Source: Octopus sinensis
Lineage: Eukaryota
Assembly (NCBI RefSeq): GCF_006345805.1
Contig: NW_021835632.1
Span: 1-26,106 of the forward strand
Reading direction: 5' to 3'
Length of the DNA: 26,106 bases
Part shown: positions 1 to 10,422 of the stretch, in pieces
Position numbering within the stretch: position 1 is the stretch's first letter
Layout of the letters: each line of letters opens with the position of its first letter
The notes under the pieces: generated by a model
Database searches by the model: none
Told to the model about the DNA's origin: nothing
What the model saw: the letters and a program-made list of their open reading frames with translations, nothing else
Position numbers and translations under genes: made by a program

Positions 1-380
1 GTGTATACATGTATGTATGACTGTATGTAGCATGTGTACATATGTATGTGTATGTATGTATGCATGCATGTAATGTATGTATGTATGTATGTTGGTATGT
101 ATGCGCATTTAATGTGCATGCACATACATATATATGTGTTTACATACTTTGACATGCATATGTTCATGTGTGCACATATGTATACATATATGTGTTTGTG
201 TGTGTATACATTATCCATGGATATGGATACGCTTGTATATTTTCTCTTAATGTATGCATCTATGCATGTATGTATACTGGAATATGAACACATACATACA
301 CTCACATGCATATACATCAAGCACACACACACATGTATACACCATACACACATATATACACCACACACACACACACACAC
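1..380. repeat. Degenerate (ATGT)n/(AT)n/(CA)n microsatellite field
   Basis: Directly visible low-complexity TA/TG/CA repeats; source of the spurious M/Y/V/C/H/T-rich ORFs. Confidence 0.9.
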
Positions 381-578
381 GCAATGCTTCTTACATGTTA
401 CAGAAATTATGCATTCCTAATAATCTTGGAATAACATGGTATTCTGTAATATAAAACTCATTTCCAATCGATTTTTCATATCAACCATTTATACATGTCA
501 CGTAGGTGTAAATTGGAAATAAATTTTGTGTTACAGAATCACCCATTACAGAAACATTTCCATAATGCAGAGGCAGTC

Positions 579-586
579 TATATATA

Positions 587-622
<36 letters not shown>

Positions 623-689
623 TGTATGTATGTATATATGCATACAGACATACACATACAAAAACACATAAACATAAGTATATGTCTAT

Positions 690-728
<39 letters not shown>

Positions 729-770
729 TGCACATATACACACACATACACGCTCACAAACATATATACG
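579..770. repeat. Compound (TA)n-(TGTA)n-(CA)n microsatellite
   Basis: Visible pure tracts at about 579-595, 595-634 and 692-722. Confidence 0.9.
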
Positions 771-776
771 CAAGAA

Positions 777-997
777 GTGGCGAGCTGGCAGAAACGTTAG
801 CGCGCCGGGCGAAATGTTTAGCGGTATTTCGTCTGTCGTTATGTTCTGAGTTCAAATTCCGCCGAGGTCGACTTTCATCCTTTTCATCCCTTCGGGGTCG
901 ATAAATAAAGTACCAGTTTTGCAACTGGGGTCATTGTGATTCCTTTGTCCTTGTTTGTCCCCTCTATGTTTAACCCCTTGTGGGCAGTAAAGAAATA
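777..997 (+). mobile_element. tRNA-derived SINE, family A
   Basis: Head GGCGAGCTGGCAGAAACGTTAG, B-box-like GAGTTCAAATTCC, central CTTTTCATCCCTTCGGGGTCGATAAA..AAGTACCAG block. A homologous copy lies on the minus strand at 25543-25778. Confidence 0.85.
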
Positions 998-1034
998 TAT
1001 ATACACAAGAAGGTGCTGAAAAGTTCCTGGAGCG

Positions 1035-1290
1035 AGTCTTTTAGGTTTCTCGCATGTTCAGCTATGCATAACTTGCAGCATTTTGTCCCATTGATGTACA
1101 GGCCTGGGATTCTCCATGAGATCAAGTGTGGGATCCTGTCATCTCTTAGTTGCCAGATGTAACTGGCCAGCAATAAGTATCTCTTTTCAGGGACCTTGAA
1201 CGAGGATTTATGGTTGGAAACAGACCTCTTGGAAGAATTCCCAGTACATCCAATGTGTCTCTCCTTGATGTCAGTGCTGCACCTATTATT
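1035..1290 (-). mobile_element. Penelope-like element, GIY-YIG endonuclease fragment
   Basis: Minus-strand frame reads ERHIGCTGNSSKRSVSNHKSSF...LASYIWQLRD...ISWRI...YINGTKCCKLCIAE. This matches the YIGxT..KR..NH.SSF / L..YIW.LK / CxLC..E pattern of Penelope-type endonucleases. Confidence 0.75.
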
Positions 1291-1299
1291 GTTGTTTTG

Positions 1300-1332
<33 letters not shown>

Positions 1333-1362
1333 ATATAGTAGTAATAATAATAATAATAATAA

Positions 1363-1688
1363 TCATCATCATCATCATCATCATCGTTTAACGTCCATTT
1401 TCCGCGCTAGCACGGGTTGGACGGTTCGACCGGGGTCTGGGAAGCCAGGGGATGCACCAGGCTCCAGTCTGATCTAGCAGTGTTTCTACAGCTGGATGCC
1501 CTTCCTAATGCCAACCACTCCGCAAGCGTAGTGGGTGCTTTTTACGTGCCACCGGCACAGGTGCCAAGGGAGTCTGGCATCAGCCACGATCAGTTGGTGC
1601 TTTTAACGTGCCACCGGCACGGAAGCCAGTCAAGGCGGTGCTGGCATCGGCCGCGTTCGGATGGTGCTTTTTATGTGCCACCGGCACA
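1363..1688 (-). mobile_element. RTE-type LINE 3' UTR (or RTE-tailed non-autonomous element) with (GAT)n tail
   Basis: Minus strand ends GGACGTTAAAC(GAT)n and carries GTTGGCATTAGGAAGGGCATCCAGCTGTAGAAAC. Homologous to the 3' UTR that follows RTE coding sequence at 5497-5870. Confidence 0.8.
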
Positions 1689-2229
1689 TAATAATAATAA
1701 TAATAATAATGTTGAAAAGGTTGCAAGATGCAATGAAAATTTTAGAAAAATAAAAAATAAATAAGTGGAAATTTTATGAGTGAGTGTGTTAAATTATAAG
1801 GCACCAAAAGAGAATGACTCTCCCCAGACACAACAGAATAATAATAATGAAAGTAAAAAAGATAATAAATCCAGGTAGATATATATAAAGCACTCAGTAT
1901 TAAATGAATTTGGTTAATTATATCAAACAATCAGATACCAATAAATTTAAGCAGAATTAACATCCAAAGTAATTCTTCATATATGATGAGTAAATCCAAA
2001 TAACACTTAGAAGAATTTCAAAAAATTCAGAGTATAAGACGAGAAGAATAAGAATGGAGGAAAAAAAAAACAAACCAACTTTGATTGATGAGTGCACTGT
2101 ACATTACCGACAATCATTTCTATGATGTGTATGAAGAAATATGTTGATAGAAGCTCTTGAAGAAAAGCATCAATACATATATGATGTTTGTTTATGATAT
2201 GCGATGTCAGGATAAGAAAATACAAGTGT

Positions 2230-2345
2230 GAGCATGCACACACACACACACATACACACACATACACACACACACTCACTCACACGCATGCACGCATGCA
2301 TACACACATGCACGCATGCATACACACATGCATGAACACACTTTC
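2230..2345. repeat. (CA)n / CATG-interrupted microsatellite
   Basis: Directly visible. Confidence 0.9.
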
Positions 2346-2499
2346 ACACTATACATTATTAATGAAATGGAAGAATGAGTATTGGATTCAACATTGGAAA
2401 GGTGCTCAAAGAATTCTTTTTTTTTTTTTATGGAATCTGTTGTTCAGTAACAGCAAATGTTTCCTGAGGAAACCTTTGGTGTCAGACAAACTTTGGTAC

Positions 2500-2720
2500 T
2501 CATCTATCCATCCATTCATCTGCCCATCCATTCACTGACTCTTTCATCCACCAAACCCATCCATCCATTTCTCCATTCTTCCATCTATCCATCCATCCAT
2601 CCCTCCCTCCCTCCCTTCGTCCGTCTCTCTATTTGTCCATCCGTCTGGCCATCAATCCATCCATGTATATGTATGTGTGCGTTTGTGTGTGTGTGTATGT
2701 GTGTGCGTGTGTGTGTACAT
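2500..2720. repeat. Degenerate (ATCC)n followed by (TG)n
   Basis: Directly visible. Confidence 0.85.
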
Positions 2721-2969
2721 GTCCGGATGTACCTCCTCCCTCAACACACACACTATACTTCCCTCAGAGCAAAAACATTTTCTCCAGATGGTTCTGTAGA
2801 AGATATAAGTTGCTGGACTGGCAATCAGTTCTGGGTACAAGCGTTATTTATCTATGACAGAAACAGTTGTAGAATAATGATCGCCTAATTCTTGTTCATT
2901 TGTCATACACCTATTAATATACAGACAGACAGACACACACACACACATACATATACTTATTTATATATA

Positions 2970-3562
2970 TCATCATCATCATCATCATCGTTTAACATCT
3001 GCTTGGACGATTTGACTGAGGGCTGGCGAACCAGTTGGCTGCACCAGGCTTCAATCTTGATCTGGCAGAGTTTCTACAGCTGGATGACCTTCCTAACGCC
3101 AACCACTCCGAGAGTGTAGTGGGTGCTATTACATGCCATCGGTACAGGGCCAGTCAGGCGGTACTGGCAACGACCTCGCTCGAATCTTTTACACATGCCA
3201 CCGGCACAGGTGCCTGTAAGGCGATGCTGGTAACGATCACGCTCGAATGGTGTCTTTTAGCCACTCTGGCAACGATCATGCATGGATGATGCTCTTAATA
3301 CCCTACTAGCACGGGGCTTGAGTGCCAGTAAGGCGATGCTGGGAACGATCACACTTGAATGGTGCCTTTTATGTGCCACTGGCATGGAAGCCAGTTAGCC
3401 GCTCTGTCAATGATCATACTCGTATGGTGGTCTTTGCACCCCAATAGCGCAGACGCTGTCATCGAATTTGATTTTGATTTTGATTTCACTTGCCTCAACA
3501 GGTCTTCGCAAGCAGAGTTTTAGTGTCCAAAGAAGGAAAAGGTATGCATAAGTGGGCTGGTT
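2970..3562 (-). mobile_element. RTE-tailed repeat, longer copy with internal sub-repeats
   Basis: Same (ATC)n-GTTTAAC terminus and TTTCTACAGCTGGATG.CCTTCCTAA.GCCAACCACTCC core as 1363-1688, plus repeated GCGATGCTGG.AACGATCAC.CT.GAATGGTG units. Confidence 0.75.
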
Positions 3563-3563
3563 A

Positions 3564-3612
<49 letters not shown>

Positions 3613-3642
3613 TACATATATGTATGTTCGTAACATGTATAC

Positions 3643-4198
3643 AGGCACAGGAGTGGCTTTGTGGCAAGTAGCTTGCTTACCAGCCACATAGTTCTGGGTT
3701 CAGTCCCACTGCATCACACCTTGGGCAAGTGTTTTCTACTAAGCCTCAGGCCAACAAAACCCTTGTGAGCGGATTTGGTAGATGGAAACTGAAAGAACCT
3801 GTCATATATATATATATATAAATACGTTTATGTTTGTATGTCTGTGTTTGTCCTCCTGATGTTGGTGTGTTTACATCCCTATAACTTAGCGGTTCAGCAA
3901 AAAAAAGACAGATAGAGACTTCTGATGTTCTTGTCAGCCTTGTCTAGTCTGCGCTTTCAGCTCTGGCCTCAGTTAAACTTTCCTCTCCTTCTAAATTGTT
4001 TCCAGCCAATGAGGTGAAGGTGGAAAACTGGGTGTGGAGGATGGCAAATCAAGATCTTCAACTTTTGATTCCTTGAACAGATAGAATAAGTACTAGGCTA
4101 ACAAAGAATAAGTCCTGGGGTCGATTTGTTTGACTAAAGGTAGTGCTCCAGCATGGCTGCAGTCAAATGACTAAAACAAATAAAATAATAAAAGAATA
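3643..4198 (+). mobile_element. tRNA-derived SINE, family B (full length, interrupted by a 160-bp insert)
   Basis: Head AGGCACAGGAGTGGCT..GTGG, B-box-like GGTTCAGTCCC, internal GGATTTGGTAGA.GGAAACTGAAAGAA + (TA)n, tail GCATGGCTGCAGTCAAATGACT..A-rich. Several other copies occur in the window. Confidence 0.9.
3917..4076 (+). repeat. Dispersed duplicate of 8263-8424 inserted in a SINE
   Basis: Near-identical to 8263-8424 and flanked by the direct repeat ACAGATAGA (3908-3916, 4077-4085). Confidence 0.9.
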
Positions 4199-4400
4199 AC
4201 ATAAAGATATGTATATGGCTCTATTGTTGGAGCGGGATGAAATCAAGTAATTCTTCTTTTCATTGGTGCCAAACAATAATTTTAAGTTGGATTATTTTGA
4301 ATTCATAAATTACAAAGAATTCATAAATTTGCAGAAGCAAAGGTAAAAATTTGCATAAATTTAATTACCCTTCATAAGTGGGAAAAATAAAGATATGTAT

Positions 4401-4799
4401 ATACTATTTTACTCTTTTACTTGTTTCAGTCATTTGACTGCAGCCTTTAGTCGAGCAAATCGACCCCAGGACTTATTCTTTGTAAGCCTAGTACTTATAC
4501 TATCGGTCTCTTTTGCCGAAACACTAAGTCATGGGGACGTAAGCACACCAGCATCGGTTGACAAGCGATGCTGGAGGGACAAACACATACACACACAAAC
4601 ACATACACACACATGCATATATATATACATATATACGACGGGCTTCTTTCAGTTTCTGTCTACCAAATCCACTCACAAGGCTTTTGTGGGCCTGAGACTA
4701 TTGTAGAACGCACTTGCCCAAGGTACCATGCAGTGGAACTGAACCCGAAACCATGTGGTTGGTAAGCAAACTACTTACCACACAGCCACTCCTGCACCT
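4401..4799 (-). mobile_element. SINE family B, full length
   Basis: Reverse complement of the 3643-4198 architecture; the head abuts a (TA)n tract. Confidence 0.9.
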
Positions 4800-4822
4800 A
4801 TATATATATATATATATATATA

Positions 4823-5012
4823 TCATCATCATCATCATCATTTAGCGTCTGTTTTCCATGCTAGCATGGGTTGGACGGTTTAACTGGGGTCTGTGAAGCC
4901 AGAAAGCTTCATCAGGCCCAGTCAGATTTGGCAGTGTTTCTACGGCTGGATGCCCTTCCTAACGCCAACCACTCCATGAGTGTAGTGGGTGCTTTTTACG
5001 TGTCACCTGCAC
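4823..5012 (-). mobile_element. RTE-type 3' UTR fragment with (GAT)n tail
   Basis: Homologous to 1363-1560. Confidence 0.8.
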
Positions 5013-5496
5013 ATATATATATATATATATATATATTGTATAATGCTGGTAAAACATTGTAAGATGCATTCAAGAGCTCTTACGACATTATTTGGTTACC
5101 ACATGCCATTCTACAGTAGGATATTTTCAAGGATTTAATACACATGTAGAACTCCTTTATGCATAAGTCAATGTCTAATATTTTAAATCCAGGTTTAGGG
5201 GTGGCTGGATACACCATCTGTCTATCTCACCCGGTTTTGGGCGTCCTTCCTCCTCAAGCCAACCCTCCTAATCTCCTCTTCCACCTGTTTCCTCAACGTT
5301 TTATAATATAAAAATAAAGCAACAGGAGGATAAAGGGTATTCCACCCAATGAAGTGCTCACACATGGTTGTTGTTGATAAACATTCGACTTTTCAAATAC
5401 AGAACACTGTTTCCCATTCCTGTGTTGATCTTTCCTCACCATTTCCTGGTGAAATGGGAGAAAACAAGAAAAGTGTGGTAAAAAAATAAATGCCAA

Positions 5497-5853
5497 TCTC
5501 TAAATGTGGAGGGAACTTGTAGAAAGGGTAGACCCAGGAAGACATGGGTTGAAGTGGTGAGAAAGGACTTTCAGATGCTGGACCTTACCGAAGAAATGAT
5601 AAGAGGCTGGGACTTGAGGTGATTTGCTGTATTTGAGAAGACATATCAAGCTAAGTAAAATTGTGGCCATCCATATATACAGGCATCTATTGCTGGTGAA
5701 ACGTAAAAAGTATCCAAGAGTGTCTGTAAAGTAGTTGGTGTTAGGAAGGACCTCTGGCCACAGAGACCATGTCTAAACAGACAACTGGAGTCTGGACAGC
5801 TCCTGTCAACTATCCAATTCATGCCAGCATGGAAAATGGACATCAAACAATGA

Positions 5854-5870
<17 letters not shown>
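5497..5870 (+). mobile_element. RTE-clade LINE 3' end (C-terminal coding + 3' UTR + (TGA)n tail)
   Basis: Frame LNVEGTCRKGRPRKTWVEVVRKDFQMLDLTEEM...* has the RTE C-terminal GRPRKTW motif. It is followed by a UTR ending CCAGCATGGAAAATGGACATCAAAC(A)ATGATG. Confidence 0.85.
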
Positions 5871-5887
<17 letters not shown>

Positions 5888-5979
5888 GGTGGTGATGATG
5901 ATGATGATGATGATGGCAATGATGATGGTGGTGATGGTGATGATGGTGATGATGGTGATGGTGGTGGTGGTGGTGGTGG

Positions 5980-6010
<31 letters not shown>

Positions 6011-6295
6011 GGTGGTGGTGGTGGTGATGGTGATGGTGATGATGATGATGATGGCAATGATGATGGTGGTGATGGTGATGATGGTGATGGTGGTGGTGGT
6101 GGTGGTGGTGGTGGTGGTGGTGGTGGTGATGATGATGATGATGATGGCAATGATGATGGTGGTGATGGTGATGATGGTGATGATGGTGATGGTGATGGTG
6201 GTGGTGGTGGTGGTGGTGGTGGTGGTGGCGACGACGACGACGAGATGACAATGACGATGTCGATGATGATGATGATGATATTGATGATGATGAAC
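5850..6295. repeat. Compound (ATG)n/(GTG)n trinucleotide array with higher-order periodicity
   Basis: Directly visible; GGCAAT-marked unit at 5915, 6053 and 6146. Confidence 0.95.
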
Positions 6296-6344
6296 GACCT
6301 CCTATAGTGGTATATGAATATTAAACTCAGCAACTTAAAGCTGG

Positions 6345-6375
<31 letters not shown>

Positions 6376-6740
6376 TGCAGAAACAAATGCTGTGATGGTC
6401 TACCCTCAAAGCTTCACATCCTCCATCTTCGTGTTACATTATTCTTATCTATACATTTTATGCAGTAACAAAGACCAAGGGACAATTGAAAACAGAAGGA
6501 TACTGCTGTTGGGAGCAGCAAAGGTCATGTGATCACCAAATCTTACTTGATATTTTTTGACTATTTCTATTATTTTACTCCATTTTCTAACCACATCCCC
6601 CCCCCCATTTTTAAAGCCTTATTCTCTTTCTTTTTCAATTTCTGTTGAAATGCATATTTTTTTTTTTCTTTTGTATGTTACTATTTTTTTTTTTAGAAAC
6701 CATTTTTTATTCTTTCTTTTTCATTGTTTTCCTTCCTCCT

Positions 6741-6782
<42 letters not shown>

Positions 6783-6861
6783 CATTTTGTTGTTGTTGTT
6801 GTTGTTCTTGTTATTGTTGCTGTTTTTTTTTCCTTAGTTTGGTATTAAAGTTTTATTGCAG

Positions 6862-6930
6862 ACAACCGAATTTAAGAGTGTGCATCTGCACGCTGCATCT
6901 TTTACCGTTTGGTTGCATTCATGCATTGTG
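6862..6930 (+). other. Candidate 69-nt internal exon (unverified)
   Basis: Long upstream pyrimidine tract, TTTTATTGCAG acceptor, GTG|GTAGGA donor, length divisible by 3, two open frames. No recognisable homology. Confidence 0.2.
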
Positions 6931-7146
6931 GTAGGACACAGTCATACATTTAACAGAAATGGAGAAATTGAGAGAAAAAAAGGAAAAATTTCGTCAGAGA
7001 CTATTGTATGTAATGTCTGGACACAACACACACAAAAAATAATGAATCAAGGGGACAAGAAAGAAGATATATATATGGTGATATATATATATATATATAT
7101 ATATATGATGCTAGGTTGGTGTGTAAGAGGTGAAGTAGAAGTAATA

Positions 7147-7310
7147 GTGGTGGTGGTGGTGGTTGTGGTGGTGGTGGTGGTTGCGGTGGTGGTGGTGGTT
7201 GTGGTGGTGGTGGTGGTTGCAGTGGTGGTGGTGGTGGTGGTGATGGTGGTGGTGGTGGTGGTGGTGGTGGTTTTGGTGGTTATTGGACACAAGCAGAAGC
7301 TGTGGTGGTG
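7147..7310. repeat. (GGT)n trinucleotide repeat
   Basis: Directly visible. Confidence 0.95.
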
Positions 7311-7769
7311 AACATGATTAAGACTGGGGTGGGGCAGCAGGGTGGAGGGTGAGTGGGGCAAAGATGATTTTGGTGGTGTTTTTAAGAGACAGAAGTCTGG
7401 GGGGCGGGGGGGGGGGGTAGCATGGGGATGGGAGGGAGAATGGCAGTATCAATGGTTAATTGTGGTATATGGTGGGTAAAGGGTAGTGAGAAAGATGATG
7501 ATGGTGAAGGCGGTGGCTGGGGGGGGGGAGAGCTGCAAAACAATAAATAAATAACACACAAAAAAAACAAAACTGGGGATGAGATGAATTAGCATGTGAA
7601 TTGTGTTTTGTGGCCCCGGATTATGAGAGAAGTGCTTAAGGGAAAAAGGGGGAAAAAAATAACTGTAGAATTAAGAATAGTGTCTGGGGTGTCTGGAGAT
7701 TAAAAAGGATTTGATGCATGAGAGAAAGAAGGGAGTGTGAGAAAGAAAGAGAAAGATTTCAGATGGGAC

Positions 7770-8038
7770 ACATGTATACATGCATGTGTGTGTGTGTGTG
7801 TGTGTGCGTGTGTGTGAATGTGTGTGTGTGCGTATATGTATATACACACACACACAGAAAGAGGATTCCAATGTTCTTCATTGCCTTGTCTGGTCTGTGC
7901 TTTCAGTTCCATATTCAGTTATATATATACATGTGTGTATGTGTGTGTGTATACATATGTGTGTGCATATCTATATACATTATATATATATATATGTATG
8001 TATATCTATATCTATATCTATCTATCTATCAATCTATC

Positions 8039-8069
<31 letters not shown>

Positions 8070-8160
8070 CTATCTATTTATCTATCTATCTATATATATA
8101 TCTATCTATCTGTCTGTCTGTCTGTCTATGTATGTATGTATTGTACACACACAAACACAA
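7770..8160. repeat. Compound (TG)n/(TA)n/(TATC)n/(TGTC)n microsatellites
   Basis: Directly visible. Confidence 0.9.
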
Positions 8161-8262
8161 ACCTGCACACATACACTCTTACATACGTGCACACATGTAC
8201 ATGATTACCAAATACATACTATAACTGCTGCTATGGCCCCTAATGTCATTCAACACAAAGAT

Positions 8263-8424
8263 ACTTCTGATGTTCTTGTCAGCCTTGTCTAGTCTGCGCT
8301 TTCAGCTCTGGCCTCAGTTAAACCTTCCTCTCCTTCTAAATTGTTTCCAGCCAATGAGGTGAAGGTGGAAAACTGATATCTAGGATGGCAAATCAAGATC
8401 TTCATCTTTTGATTCTTTGAACAG
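8263..8424 (+). repeat. Longer-context copy (putative donor) of the 3917-4080 segment
   Basis: Near-identity by eye; embedded in contiguous unique sequence on both sides. Confidence 0.85.
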
Positions 8425-8619
8425 TATCTTTAGAAGACAAACTAAGTGCTAGTAATGCTTCCAAGTATGTTAAAATCAAAGATTTCTATGAAATTTATAC
8501 TGGATTTCTTGTTTGTAGTGTTTTGATAAATGCAATATGGTCATAGCAAAGCAATTAAATGGGAACTAATTGTTTTAGAGTCTTTGAAAAATGCACAGGC
8601 ATTGGGTGTATGAAGCGTT

Positions 8620-8680
8620 TGTCAACTGGGGTTGCCCAGAACCCTAGGGTTCTGCAAAAGGTTCATAGGGGTTCCATCAA
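8620..8680. mobile_element. Possible hAT-type MITE terminal remnant with an 18-bp palindrome
   Basis: Perfect palindrome CAGAACCCTAGGGTTCTG (8637-8654) and repeated GGGGTT(C/G)C motifs resembling hAT subterminal repeats. No partner end seen. Confidence 0.35.
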
Positions 8681-8715
8681 AAGGGTGAAATAAGCTATGC
8701 TAATTTCATGATATA

Positions 8716-8772
<57 letters not shown>

Positions 8773-9048
8773 CAGGCAACATAAAGAACATTCCTTTCAT
8801 CAGTTGTCCCCCGTTTTATCTACTCTGCGTTTCGAAGGTAGGTACAAGATGCGACTTCATTAAAACAGTCCTTCCCGCAAAATGAATTAAATAAAATTTG
8901 AGACTTTTAGTGGAGGATGAAAGGGGTGAGAAAAACAGGACAATGAGAACAAAACATATATATATAATAAAGAACTAAATTCAGAAACAAAGAATAGGTC
9001 AACCAACAATTTCCCAGATGCAAAATTTTAAACATATTCTTAAAAATA

Positions 9049-9279
9049 TACTCTTTTACTCTTTTATGTGTTTCAGTCATTTGACTGCAGCCATGCTGGA
9101 GCACCGCCTTTAGTCGAGCAAATCGACCCCAGGACTTATTCTTTGTAAGCCTAGTACTTATTCTGTCTATCTCTTTTGCTGAACCGCTAAGTTACGGGGG
9201 TGGTGTAAACACACCAGCATCGGTTGTCAAGTGATGTTGGGGGGCAAACACAGACACATAAACATATACACACTCATAC

Positions 9280-9336
<57 letters not shown>

Positions 9337-9503
9337 TATACGATGGGCTTCTTTCAGTTTACACCTACCAAATCCACTCACAAGGCTTTGGTCAGCCCAA
9401 GGTTATAGTAGAAGACACTCGCCCAAGGTGCCATGCAGTGAGACTGAACCCGGAACCATGTAGTTGTTAAGTAAGCTACTTACCACAGAGCCACTCCTAC
9501 ACA
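9049..9503 (-). mobile_element. SINE family B, full length
   Basis: Colinear with 4401-4799; expanded internal (TA)n. Confidence 0.9.
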
Positions 9504-9694
9504 TACATTTAATACAATTTGATAGAGATCAATAGATCTATATACATAAAAGTACCACATATTAATATATAGATAAAAATATAGATTAAAAGAATGTAAA
9601 GATATTTGAGGTGTAAATTAAGAAAAACATATTTGGACGTGTAAAACAATAGTTAATGTACAATAGAGAATGCACCTATTTATGCAAACTAACC

Positions 9695-9940
9695 AATAAG
9701 GAAGTTTCTATGTGATCGTTTCACCTGCTGAAAATAGCAGCCAAATGACTTTCAGACTGCATCTCAGAATCTTAAATCAAAAACAAAAAAAAAGAAGGGG
9801 AAAAAAGAAAAGGGATAATACAATTTGTTGATGGTGTAGTTATGTGGTGTGTACAAAGTGGTGAGATGTTTATGGGTGGAACAACTAAATTTTTAACATA
9901 TCTCTACTTAACTGAGATTGACCTGCAGCGAAACAACATG
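9695..9940 (+). mobile_element. Old degenerate interspersed repeat (SINE-like, CAA-type tail)
   Basis: 3' end GATTGACCTG...AAACAACA resembles the termini at 21830-21885 and, inverted, 22495-22562. Confidence 0.35.
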
Positions 9941-10029
9941 TGTACACCTGATTATCCTTGACATTGGCATCGTTGCCTTTTTTTTTTTAATGTTCCTCTA
10001 GTCTCACACTGAGGCCTCTTTTTCCTTAT

Positions 10030-10185
10030 TGTCGTCATCATCATCATCATCATCATCATCGCTGCTACCATCACCATCATCATTACTACCATCCTTCCCC
10101 CTCCTCCCCCTCCTCCTCCTCCTCATCATCATCATCACCATCATCATCTTCATCATTAATACCACCACAACCACTGCCACTACCA

Positions 10186-10217
<32 letters not shown>

Positions 10218-10285
10218 CCCTCCCCTCCCCGCCCCGTCTCCTCCTCCTCATCATCATCAACATACCACCACCATCATAATTATAT
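10030..10285. repeat. Compound (TCA)n/(CCT)n/(CCA)n/(GCC)n trinucleotide low complexity
   Basis: Directly visible. Confidence 0.9.
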
Positions 10286-10422
10286 TACATAATCAAGCTA
10301 CAATGTGTTTCATTTTCAAGGAGGGGAAACTCCTCTACATTTTGTCAGCTATCAGATGGAAACTGAAAGAAGCCCATCGTTTATACATATATACATACAA
10401 ACACACACACACACACACACGA

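Noticed and set aside
385-580. Recurring TTACAGAA motif in both orientations, possible MITE remnant
   Set aside because: No pair of terminal inverted repeats or TSD could be defined.
34-849. Several ORFs rich in M/Y/V/C/H/T
   Set aside because: Translations of AT/CA/TG microsatellites; the same applies to ORFs at 2007-2888, 7671-8292, 15898-16373 and 17945-18843.
2771-2888. Protein-like frame (RAKTFSPDGSVEDISCW...) with a TTTTCTCCAG acceptor
   Set aside because: Weak donor, no recognisable homology, no supporting context.
5646-6375. Poly-His, poly-Pro/Ser and poly-Met/Val ORFs of 159-201 aa
   Set aside because: Stop-free frames of a trinucleotide array grown from a LINE tail.
6480-6535. 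RRILLLGAAKVM resembling the C-terminus of restriction-endonuclease-type LINEs
   Set aside because: Too short and degenerate to support.
7395-7530. G-run clusters as potential G-quadruplex
   Set aside because: Part of a general G-rich low-complexity tract; nothing indicates function.
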